The notes under the pieces were generated by a model, which did not search any database, was not told the DNA's origin, and worked only from the letters and a program-made list of their open reading frames with translations. A stretch of DNA of 64,000 bases, taken from positions 66,973-130,972 of the IMG/VR virus record IMGVR_UViG_3300027708_000030; one strand, written 5' to 3'. The stretch's first letter is position 1. Every line of letters begins with the position of its first letter. Shown here piece after piece: positions 29,659-38,400 of this stretch. Origin of the DNA: a virus. The position numbers and the translations under genes are program-made.

Positions 29659-30884
29659 GTGCGGTAGTTATTTCTGGCGATACAAGTGGTTCAGTAACCC
29701 TACAAGCACCTACGATTTCTGGTGCAACAACACTAACATTACCTGCAGTTTCTGGTACAGTACTACAATCTGGTACTACAGTTACTGAAGCACAAGGTGG
29801 TACTGGTACAACTACTGGTTACTACGGATTTAAGAACCGCATCATCAATGGTGCGATGGTAATTGACCAGCGTAATGCGGGGGCTAGTGTTACTGCCAAC
29901 ACAGGAAACCCTTTTACAGTCGATAGATGGGCGATTATTTCTTCTGTAAATAGTAAATTTACAGCACAGCAAAATGCTGGCTCTGTCACACCACCAGCAG
30001 GATTCACTAACTACTTAGGTATAACATCTTCTTCTGCTTATACAGTGGGGGCTTCTGAACAATACCTGATTAGGCAACAAATTGAAGCATATAACGTAAA
30101 TGATTTGGCTTGGGGAACAGCCAATGCCAAAGCAGTAACTTTGTCGTTTAAAGTTTATTCTTCATTAACAGGCACTTTTGGCGGGACTCTTTTTAATTAC
30201 AACGGTTCACGCAACTACCCTTTTTCATACACAATTTCATCTGCAAATACATGGACATCAATTAGTGTAACTATTGCTGGCGATACATCAGGAACTTGGG
30301 CTGGAACTAATGGCGCTGGAATTGGTGTCCAGTTTGGACTTGGTGTTGGTTCAACATTAAGTGGAACTGCTGGTTCTTGGTCAGGGACTTATTATGGTTC
30401 ATGCACAGGTGCAACATCCGTAGTAGGAACAAACGGTGCAACCTTCTATGTGACTGGTGTGCAATTAGAGGTAGGCAGTACCGCAACATCGTTTGATTAC
30501 AGACCTTATGGTACTGAGTTAGCACTATGTCAAAGATATTTTGTTAAAACATTTAACTCTTCTGTCGCCCCTGCTCAAACTATACCAGATCAAGTTGGTG
30601 CAATTTGTGGATCTGTTCGTGCATTCGGTGGAGCATCTGGAAGCAGTTGGGAACCTCAAGGTCAATGGTGTTACCCTGTTGAACTTAGAGCATCGCCTAC
30701 AGTTACTTTATATGGAACATACGCTGGAAGCGGTCAATGGTCAAACAGCGGAAACACAACTTCATCAAATGCTCGTGTTCAAAATGCTGGAACTAGAAAT
30801 GCAACAATTGACAATACTGGTAACACAGTTGCTTTTGGTTCTAACTCTCCTTTTATTCACGCTACTGCTTCAGCGGAGTTATAA
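29655..30884 (+). CDS. RNRIINGAM-family fibre/receptor-binding protein copy 5
   Basis: Paralogous core; ends ASAEL. Confidence 0.75.
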   Translation: MSAVVISGDTSGSVTLQAPTISGATTLTLPAVSGTVLQSGTTVTEAQGGTGTTTGYYGFKNRIINGAMVIDQRNAGASVTANTGNPFTVDRWAIISSVNSKFTAQQNAGSVTPPAGFTNYLGITSSSAYTVGASEQYLIRQQIEAYNVNDLAWGTANAKAVTLSFKVYSSLTGTFGGTLFNYNGSRNYPFSYTISSANTWTSISVTIAGDTSGTWAGTNGAGIGVQFGLGVGSTLSGTAGSWSGTYYGSCTGATSVVGTNGATFYVTGVQLEVGSTATSFDYRPYGTELALCQRYFVKTFNSSVAPAQTIPDQVGAICGSVRAFGGASGSSWEPQGQWCYPVELRASPTVTLYGTYAGSGQWSNSGNTTSSNARVQNAGTRNATIDNTGNTVAFGSNSPFIHATASAEL

Positions 30885-30887
30885 CCT

Positions 30888-31037
30888 ATGTATAAATTAG
30901 TTAAAGATGTAAAATTTGTTCAGCGTTTATCAGATGGCGCTTTTATTCCAATGAGTCATGATAACTCAGACTATAAAGCATACCTAGAATGGCTCGCTGA
31001 AGGTAACACTCCAGAACCAGCAGAAGGAACAGAATAA
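30888..31037 (+). CDS. 49-aa putative fibre chaperone copy 5
   Basis: [49 protein letters not shown]; TAATG overlap with the next gene. Confidence 0.85.
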   Translation: MYKLVKDVKFVQRLSDGAFIPMSHDNSDYKAYLEWLAEGNTPEPAEGTE

Positions 31038-32182
31038 TGGCTAGTATAATTTCGGCTGGCACGGCTACCAATACTGCAGTAAGCATTACTGGTGACACTA
31101 CTGGTGCACTTGCTCTTGCCACAAACAATGGTACTACTGCGTTAACGATTGATACCGCACAGAATGTGGGTATTGGTACTACTAGTCCTGCGGCAAGATT
31201 AGATGTTAGAACAACATCTTCAACGCAAGCCACCTTCACCAGAACAGGTCAATCTGCTGTTTGTTCAATTTTTCAAAGCACAGCAGACACGTATTTGTCG
31301 GCAACAAACTCAGGCGCATCTTTAATTCTTGCAACTCAAGACACAGAAAGAATGCGTATCACCTCTGCTGGATATGTTGGTATTGATCAGACAGCCCCAA
31401 CCACCGTTTTTTGTGTAGGGGGTGGTATGGCTGGCGGTAGCGGTAATTGGGCTCACTTTAGAAATAATGTGGGTACATCAGCAAATCCCCCTGCTTCCGA
31501 TCCATATGGTGTATATTTGGGATGCAATTATTCAGGCGGTAACAACGAAGGTAACATTGCATATAGAGGATCTTTAACATTTGGTGCATGGGATGGATCT
31601 TCATATAGACCTCACGCTCAATTTGTTAACGCAGCAAGTCTTGGGGCTTCGTCTGGCGGACAATTACAAATTAATAGAACTACCAATTCATATCAAGAAT
31701 CCCTTAGCATAGGCACAAACAATACACAAGGTATTCATATAAATGAAACGAGCAATTCAAGCTCGATAAATCTTGTTTATTTCACAAGACAAGTTTCAGG
31801 TACACAAACAGAATCAGGAAGAATTTATTGGGGTGGTTCATCAATAGCCTACCTGACTTCTTCAGACTACAGATTGAAGAAAGATGTGTCACCAATGACG
31901 ACTGGTCTTTCGACAGTTATGCAGTTGAATCCAGTAAATTTTGTATGGAAGCATAATAATAAGCCTGCCAATGGATTTTTGGCTCACGAGTTGCAAGAAC
32001 ATTGTCCAGACGCAGTATCTGGTGAGAAAGATGCTCTAAATGAGGATGGTTCTATTAAGGTTCAATCTGTGGACACATCATTCCTCGTAGCCACACTAAC
32101 TGCTGCAATCCAAGAACTCAAAACTATAGTTGACGCACAAGCAGTAGAAATCGCTGCACTCAAAGCAAAGGTAGGAGCATAA
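31037..32182 (+). CDS. Tail fibre with C-terminal intramolecular chaperone (peptidase S74-type) domain
   Basis: NVGIGTTSP repeats; SDYRLKKD..L.PV.F.W..GFLAHELQE..coiled coil. Confidence 0.85.
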   Translation: MASIISAGTATNTAVSITGDTTGALALATNNGTTALTIDTAQNVGIGTTSPAARLDVRTTSSTQATFTRTGQSAVCSIFQSTADTYLSATNSGASLILATQDTERMRITSAGYVGIDQTAPTTVFCVGGGMAGGSGNWAHFRNNVGTSANPPASDPYGVYLGCNYSGGNNEGNIAYRGSLTFGAWDGSSYRPHAQFVNAASLGASSGGQLQINRTTNSYQESLSIGTNNTQGIHINETSNSSSINLVYFTRQVSGTQTESGRIYWGGSSIAYLTSSDYRLKKDVSPMTTGLSTVMQLNPVNFVWKHNNKPANGFLAHELQEHCPDAVSGEKDALNEDGSIKVQSVDTSFLVATLTAAIQELKTIVDAQAVEIAALKAKVGA

Positions 32183-32183
32183 G

Positions 32184-32945
32184 ATGGCGATTATTTTAGA
32201 CGGAACTCTTGGCATTACAACTCCAGGTGGTGATACATCTGCAGTATCCTACACAACTCCTATTGTTAAGAGTCCATCATCATTAACACTACAGACTAAT
32301 GGTACAACTACTGCAGTAACGATTGATACTTCACAGAATGTGGGTATTGGTACTGCCAGCCCTGGAATTAAAGTAGATGTCAATGGTGGTATGAGAGTTC
32401 AGTCTTTGAGTAATCCATCATCTGGTGCAGGTATGGAACTTGGATATGATGGTACACAAGGTGTTATCCAGATTTATAGCAATAGAGCAACACAAACTGG
32501 TGTTCCTTTATTAATTGGTACTGGACAGATTAAATTCCCTGCTACTCAATCTGCTTCATCTGATGCAAATACGCTAGACGATTATGAAGAAGGTGCATGG
32601 ACACCTACTTTTTCATCGGTTTCGGGTTCACTAACTTCATATACATCTGGTGGTTATTATATAAAAATAGGCGGTCTTGTAACAATTTATGGATGGGTGA
32701 GAATTACAACGGCTGGAACTGCATCTGGTGGTGGAAGAATACTTAATCTACCATTTTCTGCATCTAATATTACTGGTTATTATAGAAATCAAGGCGCATG
32801 TCAAGAAAGTCAAAATACTGGACTTGCTTATCAATTTTTTCCTGTTGATTCAGGTACTATTTACATATTATCGCCTACAAACGGAGCAATTACTTGGACA
32901 GCAGGATATACATATCCGTTCCAATTAACATACCAATCAACTTAA
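32184..32945 (+). CDS. Short fibre with DDYEEG tip domain
   Basis: NVGIGT stem; TLDDYEEGAWTP...YIKIG.LVT. Confidence 0.75.
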   Translation: MAIILDGTLGITTPGGDTSAVSYTTPIVKSPSSLTLQTNGTTTAVTIDTSQNVGIGTASPGIKVDVNGGMRVQSLSNPSSGAGMELGYDGTQGVIQIYSNRATQTGVPLLIGTGQIKFPATQSASSDANTLDDYEEGAWTPTFSSVSGSLTSYTSGGYYIKIGGLVTIYGWVRITTAGTASGGGRILNLPFSASNITGYYRNQGACQESQNTGLAYQFFPVDSGTIYILSPTNGAITWTAGYTYPFQLTYQST

Positions 32946-32985
32946 TCGCCAACAATAAATAGTCCAATAACAAAAGAGTAAATAA

Positions 32986-34230
32986 ATGGCAATCAGAAAA
33001 ATAAATTCTAGAAGCATCGAAGATAGCGCAATCGCAGCAGCAGACGTTGCTGCTGGTTCAATCACTACTGCTAAAATTGCATCTAGTGTTACGTTGACAA
33101 CTCCAACAATTGACACTATCACATCTGCTGCAGCCACTGCTCTAACTTTAAAGTCTGCTGGCACTACTGCGATTACTGTTAGCACAGGTCAATTAGTTGG
33201 TGTCGGTACTGCTTCTCCAACAAATACTCTACAAGTAGCTGGTGGTATTTCTGCCACTAGTTCTGCTCCAGCATTCCAAGCATCTGCTGCAATTATGGAT
33301 GTTAGTGCTGGTGTTGCTCGTTTTAATGCTACTGGTGCAGACTCCTCTACTTATGGAGTGATGACTTTTAATAGAGGTTCATCTAATGCTGGTTTGTTTC
33401 AAGAAAGTATGCGTATTTCCGCTGCTGGTAATGTAGGTATTGCAACTACTAGCCCTACGTCATCACTTGAAATTTACAGGGCTAATTCTTCAACTGGTTC
33501 ATTAACTGATACATCGTTATTACTTTCAACAAGTGCCACTACTGGTCGTAAAGTAAATATTGGTTTTGGTTTGGGTGGTGGAGTTGCTAATACTTGTGCT
33601 GCAGTAATTGGATATGATGTTATAAGTGGAACAGGAGCAGGATACGGAGACATTTTCTTCTCTACCAGAAGTACCACTGCAGATAGTGTTCCATCAGAGC
33701 GTATGCGTGTAACCAATGATGGAACTATTAGAATTGGTATGCAAAACTTTGCAGCTGCCGTTTCTTCATCTAACTTTGGTATGTCTCTTAATAATACTAA
33801 TGCTGGTTCTTACTCTTATGCATATAGTACGACTACTAATACTCATTGGGGTTTTGGTAATGGTAATGGTGGAACAGGTTCTATTCAAACGAATGGTTCA
33901 ACAACATCATTCAATACAACTTCTGACCACAGATTAAAACAAAATGTTGTTCCAATGACTGGTGGTCTTGCAAGAGTTCAAGCACTAAAACCTGTCACAT
34001 ACAAGTGGAAAGTTGATGGTGCAGATGGAGAAGGTTTTATCGCCCATGAATTACAAGAAGTTTGTTCTCATGCAGTAACAGGCGAAAAAGATGCAGTAGA
34101 TGAAAATGGGGATCCAGTCTATCAACAAGTAGACACATCATTCTTAGTTGCTACTCTAACTGCTGCAATCCAAGAACTCAAAGTCGAGAATGATGCCCTC
34201 AAAGCCAGACTCGATGCAGCAGGACTTTAA
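32986..34230 (+). CDS. Tail fibre with C-terminal intramolecular chaperone (peptidase S74-type) domain
   Basis: SDHRLKQN..LKPV.YKW..GFIAHELQE; N-terminus similar to 19932..21419. Confidence 0.85.
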   Translation: MAIRKINSRSIEDSAIAAADVAAGSITTAKIASSVTLTTPTIDTITSAAATALTLKSAGTTAITVSTGQLVGVGTASPTNTLQVAGGISATSSAPAFQASAAIMDVSAGVARFNATGADSSTYGVMTFNRGSSNAGLFQESMRISAAGNVGIATTSPTSSLEIYRANSSTGSLTDTSLLLSTSATTGRKVNIGFGLGGGVANTCAAVIGYDVISGTGAGYGDIFFSTRSTTADSVPSERMRVTNDGTIRIGMQNFAAAVSSSNFGMSLNNTNAGSYSYAYSTTTNTHWGFGNGNGGTGSIQTNGSTTSFNTTSDHRLKQNVVPMTGGLARVQALKPVTYKWKVDGADGEGFIAHELQEVCSHAVTGEKDAVDENGDPVYQQVDTSFLVATLTAAIQELKVENDALKARLDAAGL

Positions 34231-34244
34231 TCACTAGAGTCTCC

Positions 34245-34279
34245 AAAAGAGTCCCTCTTCCCGAGGGATTTTTAGTTTT
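34245..34279 (+). terminator. Rho-independent terminator
   Basis: Stem AGTCCCTC/GAGGGATT with TTCCC loop, followed by a T-rich tract. Confidence 0.8.
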
Positions 34280-34325
34280 ACAAGATTACAAAACGAATAA
34301 ATAAGAAGTAAATTGGAGGATTTCA

Positions 34326-34661
34326 GTGGCGACTATTAGCAATCTTTTTGTGGATGCTGGAAGCGACTACAGTAACATAATTACTGTTAGCGCAACTAAC
34401 GGACAAGCACTAAATTTAAGTGGATACACTGTGGCTTCTCAAATGAGAAAGTCCTACAGTTCTTCCACGGCATATGCTTTTACTTCATCGATCTATGATG
34501 CAACTACTGGCAAAGTAAGACTCCAACTATCCGCTGCAGCTTCTTCAGCTATTCCCGCAGGGCGATGGCTTTATGACGTAGAAATAACTTCGGGGGCTGG
34601 AATAAAAACTAGAGTTGTAGAAGGAATTGTAACTATAACTCAACAAATTACACAAATATAA
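34326..34661 (+). CDS. Ig-like virion protein (BppU N-terminal-like fibre attachment domain)
   Basis: GGAGG RBS, GTG start; LNLSGYT..SQMRK..G.V.L.L..GR..YDVEI..RVVEG pattern. Confidence 0.7.
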   Translation: MATISNLFVDAGSDYSNIITVSATNGQALNLSGYTVASQMRKSYSSSTAYAFTSSIYDATTGKVRLQLSAAASSAIPAGRWLYDVEITSGAGIKTRVVEGIVTITQQITQI

Positions 34662-34912
34662 TGGTAGATACAGTAGCAGTTGTTACCCCAGATCAAGCGT
34701 TATCGGTAGCAGTTTCCGAAGGTGTTCTTACACTTTCATCCACGAATTTAGCTGCACCTGCTGTTGTTGATTCAGTTTCTAATATCGCCGATGTCGATAT
34801 TATCACAAATGGTAAAGTAAACGGGTCTATACTGGTTTATAAAACATCAACAAATAAATGGACATCTTCCACTGTTCTTGACGGACAGAATATGGAAGGT
34901 GGAGAATTTTAA
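34661..34912 (+). CDS. Small virion protein ending in a DGG/EGG-F motif
   Basis: TAATG overlap; GS.LVY...KW motif. Confidence 0.7.
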   Translation: MVDTVAVVTPDQALSVAVSEGVLTLSSTNLAAPAVVDSVSNIADVDIITNGKVNGSILVYKTSTNKWTSSTVLDGQNMEGGEF

Positions 34913-34926
34913 TCGGAGAATAAAAA

Positions 34927-37779
34927 ATGGCATCAATAATTAGAATAAAGCGTTCGTCCACAGCAGGTAATCCTACCACTCTTGCAGCTGGTGAATTAGC
35001 CTACTCAGCATATGCAGGCTCAGGTGGTAATCGTTTATACATAGGTATAGGCGCAGAAACAAGTGGTAATGCTGCTAACCACTATGTAATCGGTGGTACT
35101 TACTACACTGGTTTAGTTGACGCATCAACTGCTGGTACTCTTACTACTAACGCATCGTCAATTCCAGTTCTTTCCTCAACTGGTACAATTGACAAGTGGT
35201 TAGTTGGTAATACTCAATTACTTGGTAATACACTAAGCACTACTGATACAAATGGTAACTTAGTACTTAATCCAAATGGCACTGGCATGGTGCAAATTGC
35301 TGGTACTTGGACACTACCAAGATCAGCTGGCACTAATGGATATATCCTTACTACAAACGGTAGTAATACTGCTACTTGGTCTGCTCCAGCATCTTCTAGT
35401 CTTTCACTTGCTGCTGGATCTGGTTCTGGCACTGTTTCTACTGGTGGCACATTAACTATTTCTGGTGGTAATGGTATTACCACATCAGTTAGTGGTTCAA
35501 CATTTACAATTTCTTCTATCGGTGCTGGTGGTTATACTTCTACTGCAACTGGTGGAACAACTACTACTTTAACATCTTCTAGTTCTGCGAACCAATTTTT
35601 TACTGGCTCAACTACTCAAACTGTTAAATTACCAGATACATCTACTCTAACTATTGGTCAAGAGTATTATATCACTAACCAAAGTACTGGTGCTTTAACT
35701 ATTCAAACATCAGCTGCTGGTGCAATTACTACTGTTCCTGCAGGTGCTGGTGCTGTATTTACCGTTGCTTCAACTAGTGCTCAAACTTGGGTAACTGAAT
35801 TTAATGGTGCCACTACCGTAACTGGTTCTGGTTCATTAGTTCTTTCTACTGGTGCAACACTTAACCAACCATCGTTTGTTGGTCCAAGTTTTTCTTCTAT
35901 CTCTAATAGTGGTGTACTAACATTACCTAGTAGTGGTAATGATACTATTGTTGCTAGAACTACTACTGATACACTAACCAACAAGTCGATTAGTTTTGGT
36001 TCTAACACCATTACCATGACTTCTGCGCAGTTAGCCACTGCGGTTTCTGATGAGACTGGTACTGGTGTACTAGTATTCGGTACTAGCCCAACACTATCTG
36101 CTCCAATCTTTTCTACTATTGTAAATACTGGTACATTAACTTTACCAACTTCTACAGATACTTTAGTTGGTCGTGCAACAACTGATACATTTACGAACAA
36201 GACTTTTGATACTGCTGCAACAGGCAACGTATTTAAAATCAATGGCACTACGCTTACAGCTGTAACTGGTACTGGTGCAGTTGTTCTTGCCACTAGTCCA
36301 ACTCTAACAACACCTACTCTTGGTGTTGCAACTGCTACTAGTATTAATAAAGTTGCATTTACTACTCCTGCAACTAGTGCAACACTGGCACTTGCTGATG
36401 GTAGTACTCTTGCTACTGCTGGTGCTTATAGTATAACTCTAACTGCCACAGGAACTACTGGTGTTACTTTACCAACAAGTGGCACATTAGCAACTCTTGC
36501 TGGTTCTGAAACACTAACTAATAAAACTCTATCTACTGGTGTAACTTATAATGGTAACACTATTGGTGTTGCTTATGGTGGTACTGGAACATCTAATGGT
36601 TCTATAACTGGTACTGGTGCGCTATCGTTCACTGCTGGTGGTACAAATACTAATATTAACTTGGTACCAGTTGGAACTGGTACTGTTGATGTGGCAAATG
36701 CTCGTATTACTTCAGTTGCAACTCCAACTCAAGCAACTGATGCAGCAACTAAAGGTTATGTTGATGCTGTTAAACAAGCACTGGATATCAAAGATTCAGT
36801 TCGTGTTGCCACTACTGCTAACTTAACTGCAACTGCTTCTGGAACTGGTGCTGGTAAAACACTTACTAACTCTGGAACACAAGCTGCACTAACTATTGAC
36901 AGTATTGTTTTAGTTGTTGGTAATCGTGTTTTAGTTAAGGATCAAACTACTCAATCAGATAATGGTATCTATACTGTTACCGCTGTTGGTTCTGCTTCTG
37001 TAAACTGGGTATTGACTCGTGCAACTGATGCTGATAACTCTCCAACTGGTGAAGTTACTCCAGGAATGTTTACTTTCGTTGAAGAAGGTACTGTTGGCGC
37101 AGACAATGGTTATGTTCTTACAACAGACGGCACTGTAACAATTGATACAACTGCTTTAACATTCGTTCAGTTCTCTGGTGCTGGTTCTGTTATCGCTGGT
37201 GATGGTTTAACTAAATCTGGTAATACTCTAAACGTAGTTGGAACTACAAACAGAATTTTAGTTAATGCTGACTCTATTGATATTTCTTCAAGTTATGTTG
37301 GTCAGTCTTCAATTACAACTCTTGGTACTATTACTACTGGTACTTGGAATGGTTCTGTAATTGGTGCTACTTATGGTGGTACTGGTATTAATAATGGCAG
37401 TTATACTATTACTCTTGGTGGTAATATTTCTACTGCTGGTTCATTAACTACTGCTGGTGCTTACGCTACAACATTAACTACAACTGGTAATACTTCTGTT
37501 ACTCTGCCAACTGCTGGTACTCTTGCTACTTTGGCAGGAACTGAATCACTAAGCAATAAAACAATTACTGCTTCTAGTTTCTCTGGCACTACTCTTGCAG
37601 CTTCTGGTTTAGTAACACTTACTAATACTACTGATGCTTCTGCTCTTGGTACTGCTGGTGTTGTTACTTCTGGTGGTTTGTCAGTTGCAAAAACAATTTA
37701 TGTTGGTTTAAATATTACTGGTGCTGGTGCAGCTACTTCAACTTTGGATGGTTTCCAAATTGATGGCGGTACATACTAA
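34927..37779 (+). CDS. Long tail-fibre-like protein
   Basis: IRIKRS..P..L..GELAY N-terminus, TLTNKT repeats, DAATKGYVD..SVRVATT..RVLVKDQ..NGIY..WVLTRATD domain, terminal IDGGTY. Confidence 0.8.
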   Translation: MASIIRIKRSSTAGNPTTLAAGELAYSAYAGSGGNRLYIGIGAETSGNAANHYVIGGTYYTGLVDASTAGTLTTNASSIPVLSSTGTIDKWLVGNTQLLGNTLSTTDTNGNLVLNPNGTGMVQIAGTWTLPRSAGTNGYILTTNGSNTATWSAPASSSLSLAAGSGSGTVSTGGTLTISGGNGITTSVSGSTFTISSIGAGGYTSTATGGTTTTLTSSSSANQFFTGSTTQTVKLPDTSTLTIGQEYYITNQSTGALTIQTSAAGAITTVPAGAGAVFTVASTSAQTWVTEFNGATTVTGSGSLVLSTGATLNQPSFVGPSFSSISNSGVLTLPSSGNDTIVARTTTDTLTNKSISFGSNTITMTSAQLATAVSDETGTGVLVFGTSPTLSAPIFSTIVNTGTLTLPTSTDTLVGRATTDTFTNKTFDTAATGNVFKINGTTLTAVTGTGAVVLATSPTLTTPTLGVATATSINKVAFTTPATSATLALADGSTLATAGAYSITLTATGTTGVTLPTSGTLATLAGSETLTNKTLSTGVTYNGNTIGVAYGGTGTSNGSITGTGALSFTAGGTNTNINLVPVGTGTVDVANARITSVATPTQATDAATKGYVDAVKQALDIKDSVRVATTANLTATASGTGAGKTLTNSGTQAALTIDSIVLVVGNRVLVKDQTTQSDNGIYTVTAVGSASVNWVLTRATDADNSPTGEVTPGMFTFVEEGTVGADNGYVLTTDGTVTIDTTALTFVQFSGAGSVIAGDGLTKSGNTLNVVGTTNRILVNADSIDISSSYVGQSSITTLGTITTGTWNGSVIGATYGGTGINNGSYTITLGGNISTAGSLTTAGAYATTLTTTGNTSVTLPTAGTLATLAGTESLSNKTITASSFSGTTLAASGLVTLTNTTDASALGTAGVVTSGGLSVAKTIYVGLNITGAGAATSTLDGFQIDGGTY

Positions 37780-37837
37780 CTAAATACATTATAATATTGG
37801 GGATTTTTATCTCCAATTAACCTTTTTAGGAATATGA

Positions 37838-38398
37838 ATGAGTAATAAAGTCTTACTCAAGAAGTCGTCTGTAGTGGGCAAAGTCCCAGCAACGTCTGAC
37901 TTGGATTACGGAGAAATAGCATTAAATTATGCTGACGGATTACTGTATTATAAAACTGCAAATAATTTAATCCAATCTTTTGCGTCTAGTAATTCTAATG
38001 TAACATTAACTGGTTCGCAGACCTTAACAAATAAGACTTTAACTAGTCCTACAATTAATGGTGCGACTGAAAATAATGTTACATTAACTGGAACAGTTAC
38101 TGCTGGTGGTGTTACTGGTACTTCTGGTTATGTTTTAACTTCTACTGGATCTGGTGTTCAGTGGTCTGCTGCGGGATCTTCGTACAGTTTACCAACTGCA
38201 AGCACTACAACGCTTGGTGGTGTTAAAGTTGACGGCACCACTATTACAATTGATGGCAGTGGTGTTATTAGTTCTGCGGGTGGATCTGGTGGTTTTATTG
38301 CTGTAATAACAAGACTTAGTGGTAATATTTCTCTAAATATTTCAGGTATTTTATCTGTTTACGCTAGAAATAATAATATTGTTCAGGTGGTAGCTTAA
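37838..38398 (+). CDS. Short fibre-associated protein
   Basis: LKKSSV.GKVP...L.YGEIALNYADG.LYYK N-terminus; LPTASTTTLGGVKVDG motif. Confidence 0.75.
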   Translation: MSNKVLLKKSSVVGKVPATSDLDYGEIALNYADGLLYYKTANNLIQSFASSNSNVTLTGSQTLTNKTLTSPTINGATENNVTLTGTVTAGGVTGTSGYVLTSTGSGVQWSAAGSSYSLPTASTTTLGGVKVDGTTITIDGSGVISSAGGSGGFIAVITRLSGNISLNISGILSVYARNNNIVQVVA

Positions 38399-38400
38399 TT

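Noticed and set aside
16458-30520. CRISPR array
   Set aside because: The repeats are kilobases apart and inside coding sequence; there are no regular spacers or cas genes.
16275-31037. Diversity-generating retroelement acting on the variable tips
   Set aside because: No reverse transcriptase in the window and no template/variable repeat pair with adenine-specific mismatches; the near-identical blocks lie in the constant regions. An RT elsewhere in the genome cannot be excluded.
16275-34230. Invertase-driven shufflon
   Set aside because: All cassettes are complete, co-oriented genes; the repeats are direct, and no site-specific recombinase was seen.
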